Shown piece after piece: positions 36,429 to 47,601 of a stretch of 64,000 bases of DNA; position 1 is the stretch's first letter, and each line of letters begins with the position of its first letter. This DNA comes from Peribolospora baueri. Taxonomy: Eukaryota. The translations under genes and the position numbers were made by a program. The notes beneath the pieces were generated by a model. It saw nothing but the letters and a program-made list of their open reading frames with translations. It did no database searches and was not told the origin of the DNA. The stretch covers positions 1-64,000 of the forward strand of contig JAMDHS010000106.1 of assembly GCA_029717555.1 (NCBI GenBank), given 5' to 3'.

Positions 36429-39045
36429 GTGCTGGAAAGGCCAAAGCTGAAGCTGGTGGAAGGAAGCCGAGCGGAGGAGGAGCCGGTAGGCTGCGAGGCG
36501 GGGAGCAAGGCCGACACGCGCTTGGTCGGACTGTGGGTCCTGTTCAGGTTGCCGCTGCCACCGCTAATGACGACGGGTTTGGAAGGACCGAACCTGGGCG
36601 GGCCCCTCGCTCCCAGTCCCATGGCAGCGAGGGTGGCCATGCGAGAAGAGCTCTCCAGCTTCCTCGCGCTCGTAGGCCCAATCGAGCCTTCTCGCTGGCC
36701 TCCTCGACCCGGCGTAAGCAAGCCGTCCTTGTCCGTCTCCGACGCATGCTTCGCCACATCTCCCTCGTCGCCTCTGCGGTCAACACCGCGGCGGGGAGAG
36801 GGAGATACGTTGCGGCGGCGAACGGGGCTCTTCATCGGCGGAGAAGAAGGCGTGGCGGGCGCAAAACCGGTGGCGGCGGCCTTTGCGTCGCCTCCACCCG
36901 CACCTCCATTGAGGCCGTTGGAAGAAGGTGTCTTAGTAGGCGACGTCTTGGGGATCAACGGAAAGGGAAGGCCAACGAGCGGCACATTCTCGTTGCTCGA
37001 CGGAAGCGGGCAGATGGGCTCTAGGGCTGCGGCCTTGGAAGAGCTTCTTGCTCGCGCCTCCGATCGAGGCGTGCGCTCGTCGACGGGGGGCGGAGTGCTG
37101 GGACGGTAGGCGGAGAGGCTGTTCGTGGGCGGAGCCTCGTCGTCGTCCGCGTTCTCGTCACCATATCCGTCCGCGGCGGCACGCCGCGCCTCTTCCTCAT
37201 TGTCGACCATCGCATCGACCAGCGTCGGTTCGCGCGCGAGACTCGAGTCCCGGCTCCTTTCCTCCAACCTCGCACGCTTCCTGGCTTTCCTTCCTTTCCT
37301 CCCCACGCCTAGTGCGCCGGTAGGATCAGTGATTTCTCCCGTCTCCGCATCCTTTGCGCTCGGCGGCGACGTGCTCACAGCGGAAGATACCTCCGAGCCA
37401 GCGTCGGAAGACCGGCTGCGCTTTCCGAGATGGAAGGCGCGAAGTGGCGAAGGGTCCGAAGGATCGTCCTCCGAGCCTTGAAGCGCAGCCACTGCCGGAT
37501 GACGGGCGGACGTCAAGGCTGAACCGGCATTCTTCGCGGTTCCTGCCGAGGCTTCCAGCGCGTGCACAGTCTTTCGGAGAGTGCCCACTTCGGAGCGCAT
37601 CGCCTGCACCGCCCTGGTGAGCTCTTGTACTTTGTTGGTGATATCCCCATCCGCCGAAGACGCGGTCTCCTGCAAGCCTTTCCAAGTGGACACTTGCTTT
37701 TCCAACGCCCGCTGAGCTTCCTGCACCGCTTTGAGCTCGGCTCTCGTCTTGGTGTCGGCAGCGTTTACAATGGCCGATCGAGGCTCCTTCGCCTCTTTAT
37801 CTTGCTTCCATCTCACCATCTCCGCCTCCAATTTCCGCTGCTCCTCGCGCACCGCCAGCAGCTCGGGCTTGATCGACGCCAGACCTTGCAAGATCTTGTC
37901 GAGCTCCTTGAGGCGGCTGACGAAGGACTGGTCAAGCTTGTCGATGCGGCCCCGCAGCGCCTCTTCGACGCCGTCAACGCGCTTCTCGAGCGTCGACCGC
38001 GTCTCTTCCATCTTCTCCAGCGCTTCCTGCGCAGGAACGGTGGACACAGAGCCGGAGCGACCACGCTCACTGGCTTGTGTTACTTCCGCCTTCGCCTTTT
38101 CGATCTCGGCTTGCAAGTCGCTCCTCAGAGATGCTAACTCGTCCTGCATCAATCGTTTCATGTCGGAGAAGCCTTCGCTGTCATGTTGATTAGAAGTGTG
38201 GATGGAGTCGGCGGCAGAGAGATGATCCTTGACTGATTGCGCTACTTGGGAATGGAGGGAATCGCGGAATGCCACGAAGAAAGATTCGAGTTGGGTGAGG
38301 TCCGCACGCAAGGAGGAAAGAGACCCTGGCATGTCGCGAAAGTCGGAGGAAGCGGGGGCGTCGGAAACCGCCTGCGCGCTGGTCGAAAATGCGGACGACA
38401 GCTGCTGCTCAAGCTGTGCATCAACATGGGCGTCCTGCGCTTTGGGCACGTTGGCCTCGTCCTCCTCCACCGCCTGAGGCTGTGTCGGCCTGGAGCCTGT
38501 CGCTGTGCGGTCCTTGGACGCTGCCTTCGCGGCGGCTTTGGGCGCGCGCTGCCCCTCTGGCGTCCTGAGCTTGAGCTCATCGTCGCTTTGATCGACATCT
38601 TCCGGTTCGCCCAGGTCGCCGCCACCCTCAGCCACCTCCTCTAAAACAATCTCAGCGGCCTGGCCTCTCCGGGTAGGTCGAGCCGTCGTGTGAGAAGATC
38701 TCGATGGGGGCGCAGAGTGCCTCGGAGAAGCTGGGGCGGCGTTGGGAGCGGGACGAGCGTTCGGAGCGCTCTTGCGCGGGGAGGCGGTTCGAGCGGCGGA
38801 GGATGCAGAAGAACCATAGTGGTCAACGAGAAGGGAGATGATCTTCTCTTTCTTCTGGTTGCCTCCCTTCAGCCCCGTTTCCTGCGGGCGCGAAGGGGCG
38901 GGGAACGGCGACGTGGAGAGGTCAGCAGCGAGCGCGAGGGGGGTCGTGGAAGGAAAGAAGACGGGCGTCGCACCTTGAGGAGCGTCTGCAGCCGAGCCCT
39001 CGGCATCTGGGCCAGCTCAATTTCCGTGAATGTTTCCCTGTTCAT
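36152..39045 (-). CDS. Unknown protein with a SAP/HeH-like N-terminal helical module, central coiled coil and disordered C-terminus, 2 exons
   Basis: Reads MNRETFTEIELAQMPRARLQTLLK|ETGLKGGNQKKEKIISLLVDHY, then a heptad-rich region (LASLRSDLQAEIEKAK...LRKTVHALE). Exon 2 is a long open frame ending at 36152. Confidence 0.75.
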
Positions 39046-39726
39046 CTTTGCTGTCCCCGTAGTCGATAGCGTGGGATGCGGTGTGCTGGAGCGGTGGTGT
39101 TTGTGTGCTGGGGATGCTGCTGGAAGGAGGGTAACCAGTTCGTGCCCAGGAGGGAGAACGGCTCGCCCGAAGCAGGAACGGGTATCAGGAGGCGGTGTGG
39201 TTAGAAGCGACGTCAAGAGGATATGTCGAAAAGGAGACTTGAGGCGGTGGATAGGGGGAGGAGGGGGTTGTTTGTTGCTCGTGCGAAGAGGCCCTTTCTC
39301 TTTGCCTCAGGCGTCCAGACGCGTAACATGCTGCGGCAGACGCGTCCACTGTTTTTTTTTCGGACTCGCACGAGGGCCGCCCGCAGGCCCAGCAGGCGCT
39401 CGACCAGGACGCCGGCGTCCTTGGTGCGTTACTGTGCCTGAGCGGTGAAGCGGGCAACGGACGACGAGGCCTTCTTATTGCGTGGCAACGGACTGAGGAT
39501 GGCCTCCGCTCTCTCCTCTCCCGAGCCAAGCTGGCGGGCGCCCTCGTAGATGAGGGACGCAGGCAGCTTGGGCGCGCAGATTGGCGGCGTATTCGCGTGC
39601 CTATGTGCGGTGCTGTTTGCGGTGCTGTTTGGAGCACACATGGGTTTCCTATCTGTGCAAAGTCACCCACCCTCCTTCTCAACCTGCGCAGGTCGGTGGA
39701 CGACCGTACGGGAAGACGGCGACAGG

Positions 39727-39760
<34 letters not shown>

Positions 39761-40127
39761 GAATGTCGAGGCGTTCGAACTGCTTCTTCTATCACGCGAC
39801 CGCCGGGCCGGCAAGCTCATCACCACTTCGCCGGTGTCCGGGGCGGATCAGGACCCGGCCCTAGGCTGGTCAACGAGAAGTGTCTGAGAAATGTCTCGCC
39901 TGAGTCCAATATGGCAACGAGCGCACAGAAGGCGATCTCAGGGGATCGACGACCGGCCAGGCGGAGCTCCATCCGGTGCGTTCCTGCGTCCTGCTCATTG
40001 ACGCAACCGACCGGCAAAAGAAGACCTTTAAGAGGACGTCTCGTTGTACGATACGACATCACCTCTCTTTTTCTTCCCTCCATACTCCCATCGTCCTCCC
40101 ACCCTTCCTCACGCCTCACGCCCCGCC

Positions 40128-43100
40128 ATGTCCAAGCCCACGTCAATACCGCCCGTCCTCCCTCGCGAGTCGCCGCCAACCGCGGCCTCGGCCGACACCG
40201 AGGCTGGCAGGGCCGACCGCGTCGTCCTTTCGGGCGACAAGGCCAAGGCACAGGCTCCCTCCACCCAGCATGTCTCGCCTCTCTCCGACGCCGAACCGGC
40301 GCCGAGGCCGAGCAGCGTCAGCTCGCTCACTCTTGAGGCCAAGAGGGCCCGCGCGGTGGGAGTGGACACCGCGTACGAGCGCAAGGTCAACTACCTCAAC
40401 ACCATCATCCACATCGAGGTCGGCTTTGGAAGATTTCAGTGAGTAGGCGCGGCGCTGGAGGAACTGGGAGAGCGGCAGGGGAGGACAATGCCAAGCAGGT
40501 CTACGCACAGCTTCCATGCTTGCTCGGTCATGAAGGAGGGGCGGCCCGCCGTATAATGGGCAACGGCGCTGACAAGCCATCTCTTCCTTCTTCCTGCTCC
40601 CCTCGAAATTCCCAGGTGGTGGCTCTTTGTCCTCGCCGGCTTTGGGTGGTTCGTGCGTACCAACGGCGTTTGACTGTCCGAACCGGTTCGCCCGTCTCTT
40701 TCCCTCCATCTACTCGTATTCCATTCGAAAGCCCAAATGCTCACACGCACTCCCTCCCCCCCCTTCCGTCCCCCGTCGGCCGGACCTTTTGCCCAGGTCG
40801 ACAATGTCTGGTTCCAAGCGCTCGCCACCGCACTCCCCCAGATTCAGCTCGAGATGAACCCGCCCCATATCGAGTATGCGACGCTCAGTCTGTACGGAGG
40901 CCTCTTGGCGGTGAGTCGAATGTAGATTGTATCAAATACCGACGGCTGGGCAATCCGCTTGTAATAGACTGGCAGCTTGTATGCGCACTTGTATGCGCAC
41001 TTGTATGCGCACTTGTCTCCACTTCCGCTCCCGAAGTTGTCTGCATCGATCCCTGAGCTGACTCTTGCGGCCCCGCGCCCCTTCTTTTGTAAAGGGCGCC
41101 ATCTTTTGGGGCGTCCTGGCAGACGTCATCGGCCGTCGCCTCGCATGGAACGCGACGCTTTTCATCTCCTCCGTCTTTGCCATCGCCGTCGGCGGCGCTC
41201 CCAACTGGCAGGTTGTTTTTATCCTCCTCGCCTTCCTCGGCTTTGGCGTCGGCGGAAACCTCCCAGGCGAGCAGCGAGCGCGACTTGATGCTGTCCAAGA
41301 TCGAAATCCTTCTTCCTTTCCGCTAAACTATACTCGTCTTTCCCTTCTCATGCAGTCGATGGCGCCCTCTTCCTCGAGTTCATCCCTGGCCCTAAACAGT
41401 GGCTGCTCACTTTCCTGAGCGTGTTTTGGTGCTTTGGCACGGTCTTCGCCAGCGTGGTTGCCTGGGTGAGATTATCTTCCCCGCCGATTTGTCAGATATG
41501 AACGCCCTTTTCACATTCCATTTTCTGTTCGTTCGAACTGACCTGTCTCAAAGGGTTTCATCGGGAATTTCGTGAGTGCCGTTCCACGCTCATGCTCCGA
41601 TCGTCGACTGATTTCAGCCCTCACATTCATGCTTCTCCTCCATATGCACAGTCCTGCGCCTCTGCTGACGACTGTCCACGTTCCTCCAACTCTGGATGGC
41701 GCTACACCTTCTACACCCTCGGAGCCATCACCTTCCTCATGTGGATCGCGCGCTTCCTCATCTATCGCATCCCAGAGTCGCCAAAATACCTCATCGGCAA
41801 GAACCGGGACGAGGAAGCGGTCGCAGTGATCGTGGACATTGCGACACGCAACGGCCGTACCGTCTCGCTCACCGTTGAACGTCTTCGGGCTGTTGCCGAG
41901 GGCGTGGACCCCGCCGAGCTCGACGAGGTGCTCGGTGCTCCTGGCTCAGAGGAGAAGAAGGAGGCTGATGCGAAAGCCGTGATGGCTGACCCGAAGGAGC
42001 GGGCAAACATGTGGGACTGGAGGTCCAACAAGGATATCCTGAAGCGCAATCTGGATATGCGCCATTTCAAGGCTTTGTTCGCGAGCCCAAAGATGGCCTG
42101 GAACACTTGTCTCATCAGCTTCCTGTGGGGTGAGTATCCTCCGATTTTCAGTCGGTTTCGTCGGATTTTCCTCTTTTTTGTTACGGATTGATCATTCTGA
42201 CGCATACGTTCATGGAACGCGTGCCTGCATAACAGGCCTGATCGGCCTCGCCTACCCCTTGTACAACGCATTCCTTCCCATTTATCTTACCACGGCCGGA
42301 GCAAACCAGGGAGACACCTCTGTTCACACCGTCTACACCCAATACGTCGTCATCGCAGTTTGTGGTATACCCGGCAGTTTCCTCGCCGCCGCTATGGTGA
42401 GCTTGCGATGAGTGGACGGGGGCATTCAATCGACCTGCACCCGCTGAGCTGACATTACGTGGATTGTACGCAGGTCGAGCTTCCCCTCATCGGCCGGCGC
42501 GGAACGATGGCCATCTTCACTGCTCTCACCGGCGTCTTCCTGTTCCTCGTACGTGTTATCACCACGACTTTTTCAAGCGTACTACCTGGCAAATTGCTGA
42601 ATCATTCAACCCCTTCATGCTCGCACCGACCCCTTATGTCATCGCTCGCCATCGCCTCCTAGTTTACCACGGCACGCACGCCCGCCGCCATCTTGGGTTA
42701 CAACTGCGCGAGTTCGCTGACGCAGAATTCGTTCTATGCTGTGTGAGTGTCTGTCCTCCTCTCTATGCCGATGAGCGCTCGTCATTTGCTTGAGTCTTGA
42801 CGAGTGTCGACTGATGATGCCTTGTTCATCACTGTGTCTGTGTAGTCTCTACGCCCTAACGTAAGTTTTGCGAAATCATTCCCTCCCATATGGTCTGTCG
42901 TTCATCCCAGTCCCATTTCTGGATGCCCATTCACGTCGGCAGGTACGAGGTCTTCCCCGCTCCTCACCGTGGCACTGGCGATGGCGTGGCCATGGCCGTC
43001 CAACGCGTCTTCGGTGTCTTTGCCCCCGTTGTCGGCGTCTTTGCTGGTACTAGCAGCGGCGTTAGTACGCCCATCTACGTTTGCGCAAGCCTGTTCATGG

Positions 43101-43254
43101 GTGCCGTGAGTTCTAACTGAGGCAGCGGAGGAGACGACGGACTTGTGAATGAGATGCGCTCACTCACTCTTTTCTTTCTCTGCGCCCTCTATTGGTCCAG
43201 GCCACTCTCATGCTCTTGTTGCCCTACGAGAGCCGCGGCAAGACGGCCATCTAA
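40128..43254 (+). CDS. MFS transporter (SVOP/SV2-related sugar-porter-like), paralogue 1, multi-exon
   Basis: Motifs YERKVNYLN...GFGRFQW, WGVLADVIGRR, GVGGNLPVDGALFLEFIP, NSGWRY, PESPKYL, AYPLYNAF, ELPLIGRRG and EVFPAPHRGTG. Confidence 0.9.
40976..41016. repeat. Intronic 12-bp tandem repeat (CTTGTATGCGCA) x3.4
   Basis: Perfect copies at 40976, 40988 and 41000, plus a partial copy at 41012. Confidence 0.9.
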
Positions 43255-44411
43255 GCTTGAGCACGACCAAAGACCGGGGCACCCACTCTGATGGTGCCAT
43301 CGCGGGCCTCTGCCTCCTTCACACAAGAGCCTCAGCCCGACGCGTTAGATCCGATCTTATGCCTACACTACCCGTTCGGAAAAAGACGATTTCTTGGATA
43401 GGACTAGACGGCGCAAGTTCTCATTCAAAGCACACCACATTGAGACAGGCAACGACAACGTTGCCGCCCGGCCCGCTCCTATTCACGTTCACTTCTTGCA
43501 TGACGCCTGTTACGTTACGTTACTTTGATTTTGTGTCGGTTCCTGGAAAAGCAGAGTTAGCATTTGTCGTGAAAGAAACTAGACAAGTGGGGTGTAAGTG
43601 CGAAGACGACGCCAACATTGGCTGTAGCAGCCTGAGGACCGGTCAGATCGTTCGATGGAACGTCGAGCTTTACTGCGGATACCCTCAGCTGGCGCTTTAC
43701 TGCCGGCCCAAGTGAGGTAGGATGAATGGTTGGACCACGGCCGTCCGCGATGACACGGCCATCCGCATCCGCCCCTCCGCCCCGTATCGGTGGAGGTGGT
43801 CGCATGCGAGGTACGCCGCCCAGCGCCCCGGTTCGGCTTTCAGGCAAGTGGTGTCGACGAAGCTCCACCCAACCCGATTTAGTACCCCCTAATTTCACCG
43901 CTCATCTTGCTTGTTCTCTGTTATCGTGCCTTCGTTAACCTTAGAAACAAGTCCATGTTTCTCTCTGACGGAAGCGAACAAGCACGTTTCCCTGGGCTGG
44001 ACGCTTGTCGTGCTTCTCCACTGGTCGCTGACGCTCGCTGACTTCACATCCTCGCTTCAGGCACCATCCATGTCTCCAATTTTTTCCCCTCATCCTCAGC
44101 GCCTTCGCTGAGCTCACATTCTATCTAAAGGGCTGGTCCCACGAGTGCATGAACTCGTCTTCTCCCTTCGTCCAGCGCCTACGCTGGGCCCCCATTTTTT
44201 TTCTTTCTTCAAGGCTAGCCCTTGCCCTTCGTTCTTTCATTTTATTCTCAGCGCCTACGCTGAGATACCTTCTTCCCTAGGGCTGGACCCTGAACTTCCT
44301 TCCACGCTCTTTTCTTTTGTGCAATTGGCCGGTGGTCCTTCGTTATCGGCGACGCGCTCGAACAGCTATCGCCTCCTCAAGTCATATCGGTGAACGCCTC
44401 AAGACATCATC

Positions 44412-47400
44412 ATGGACTCAGAATCGCGGAACGTGGCTAGCACGTCTGGCCACCCTTCGTCGCGGGGCGACCGGGACTCCGTGTCGGATTCTTTTACCAT
44501 GGTCGACATCAACAACGAGCACTCGTCAAGCGAGCGAGCAGTCAAAATCTCCCGCCGGCATTTGCATGTTCGATTTGGGCCTGTCGAGACCAGCGCGCGC
44601 GATGCTACCGACGCTCATCATGCCTCCGACAGCGAGCTCCACGACAGCGTCGCCGGCGAAAAGCCTAATCGGTTTGTCGTGGTCAACACAGCGGCGTCCT
44701 CTTCGAGTCCGACACCGTCTCCGACCAAGCATGACTCGTGGGATTCGGAAGTGCTCGTTAACGAATCTCGTTCTACGTCCCCCGCCTCGTTCGTTTCGTT
44801 GGATTCTTCGACGACGCGTAGGTCTCCCTCCCCGAGTTTGTCTAACTTTGAGCCGCCGATCACCGCCATCCCAGCACGGCCGGTGAAGATCGAGAGGAAG
44901 GGCACGGGATGGGGCGTCCCACGTCCTGTTGGGAGGGCAACCGGAAATGGGGAGCAGAAAGCGAACCCGACTCGGGTCAGTGCGAACGTTTCGGCGGAAG
45001 GGACAGCGTCGGCTACGTCCGATCATGGTACGGATGAAGAAACGGCTATTGGTTCTGGCTCGCCTACGTCTTCGCCGTCTCCACCCTCGAACGATCAAGA
45101 GTTCCCAAAGGCGTCCCGTGTGCTAGGAGCGACCCGGAAGGAACAAGTGAACGCCTTCTTCCTCGGCACCGCGCTCGTGCGCGCCCCGGACAAGATCAAG
45201 GAGGAGAGGAGGGCGAGAGAGGAGTTTGGCATTTTCGACACGGCGTACGAAAGGAAGTTGATGGCCATCAACGAAGCTATTGAGGAGTGCGGGTTTGGCA
45301 AGTTCCAGTGAGTGTCACTTTCGCATGGTCGCGTCCCGCTTGAAGAGTAATCGACTGATATGTACTCGGTGACCCTGCTTCGTATCAAGGTCCGGCCTGT
45401 TCGCTTTGGCCGGGCTTGGTTGGCTCGTGGACAATCTCTGGTTCGAGGCCTTGGCGCTAATCCTTCCTCAAATCCAGCTCGAGTGGCGGCCTGCCCACGT
45501 CCAATACTCAAACATGGCTCTATACGGTGGCTTGGTCGTCGGAGCCGCGTTCTGGGGGTTGACCGCTGACTTCATAGGGTAAGTCCTTCCCCTCCCGAGA
45601 CAAACTGCATTCTGACCTCTGGTTTCCGGAGTGATGTCTGACTGGAAAGCCACCGCCTGACACCCACCTTTCCTCGTCGCGACAGCCGCAAGGTATCATT
45701 TTCCCTGACACTCCTACTCTCTTCCATATTCGGAGTGTTGGTGTCTGTTGCTACGAACTTCAACGGTTTCTCAGTCATAATCTTCTTCCTGGGAATTGCC
45801 GTAGGTGGCAACCTGGTGCGTGATGAAACATCCTTTGGCTCCAGCATCGATAGCTACACATCTGATTCGCCCCATACGTCCCTCTCCGTCATCTTGGTTT
45901 TATAGCCAGTGGATGGGGCGCTCTTCCTGGAGTTCCTTCCGGCCAGCAAGCAATGGTCGCTCGTCTTCCTGAGCACATGGTGGAGCCTCGGCGCCCTGGT
46001 GTCCGCCTTGGTGGCTTGGCCTTTCATGGAGAACTTTGTGAGTTTTCATCCACACCGTGTCTATCCGCCATGTATGCTTTCTGCGCCTGTGTTGAACAAG
46101 CTCGCTTTTCTTATTGTTCCTCATCTGTGCCCTTTGACAGTCCTGCATGCAGTCCGACCAGTCTTGTTCCCCAAAAGACAATCTCGGCTGGCGCTTCACT
46201 TTCATGACCCTTGGGCTGCTCACACTGCTCATATGGATTGCCCGCTTCTGGCTCTTCCCTATTCCTGAGTCCCCCAAGTTCCTCGTCGGGAAAGGTCGAG
46301 ACAGCGAAGCAGTCGAAGTCATCGCCACCGTCGCCCGGCAAAATGGAACAAAGACCTCACTGACGCTGAAGAAGATGCAAAAGGTAGCCGGAGACGAGTG
46401 GCTGATTGTAGACTCGGAGGACAAGCTCCATGCCCATGAGGATGAGGATGCAGCGAGTCCCAAGTCGCCATCGGGCACGGCACCAGAGATGGCTTTTGAC
46501 GAGGCGGTGGATTCGGCGCCAATAAGCAAGATGGAGATTCTCAAGCGCAGCTTGTCCACCTTCAGTTTTGCACACTTCAAAGGTCTCTTTGGAACAACCC
46601 GGATGGCGGTCAACACCACACTGCTCTTCGTCATTTGGGGTAAGTCGGTCTCCTGATATACCTCGGTGACGCGCCCTCTTCCGGAGACTAAGGTTTCGAC
46701 TTTCATTTCCGCACAGCTCTTATTGGCTTGGCATACCCTCTTTATAACGCCTTCATTCTCATCTACCTCCAGAAGCTTGGTGACGACAATGGAAACGGAA
46801 GACTTAAGGCATACTGGCAATATGTTATCATTACCATAGCCAGCCTGCCAGGCAGTTTCATTGCTAGCTACCTTGTGAGTACCACTGCTCTTTCCTATCT
46901 TCTCGCTATGGCAGCTACGTCTACGTCGCTAACCGACTATTTTTGCTATACGCACTTGCAAGGTCGAGACACGCAGCTTCGGCCGGAAAGGTACGCTGGC
47001 GCTCTTCACAGGCTGCACCAGTATCTTTTTCTTCCTCTTCACCATTGCCCGAACGCCAACTACCATCGTCGTCTTCAACTGCTTAAGCGCCTTTGCCCAG
47101 CAGGGCATGTACGGCGTGTGAGTATTTGCTGCGCAGTTTTTGAGTCCCACGCAATCTGAGCCCCGAGTACAAGGGACTTCTAGTTGAAAAGTACGCCTTC
47201 TGCCACTCTTGCCGACCAGGCTTTACGCCATGACCTTCGAAGCGCTGCCTACAAGACATCGAGGCACTGGCGAAGGCGTTGCCATGGCCATCAATCGGAT
47301 CATGGGTATGATGGCGTCGTTGATAAGCACCAAGGCGGGTTTGGACCCTACGACGTGAGTTCGGTTGGCAAAGTTCGTGAAATGAGTGACCCCTGGTTGA

Positions 47401-47517
47401 CGGGCATCCATCCTTTGCCTTCCCAGCCCAGTATATATTTCCGCTTCTGTCATCATGGCCGCAGCCTTCCTAGCAGTCCTCCTGCCGTACGACGGCAGAG
47501 GCAAGCCTGCGCTGTAA
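44412..47517 (+). CDS. MFS transporter (SVOP/SV2-related), paralogue 2 with a long disordered N-terminal extension, multi-exon
   Basis: Same motif order as paralogue 1: YERKLMAIN...GFGKFQ, GGNLPVDGALFLEFLP, NLGWRF, PESPKFL, AYPLYNAF, FGRKG, EALPTRHRGTG. Confidence 0.9.
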
Positions 47518-47601
47518 TACCTCTGTTGCATCTCTCTACCGCCGACCAGAAGCGCCACCGCCCATGGGTGGAAGTCCATACAGATTGCACAGACGAATAG
47601 G

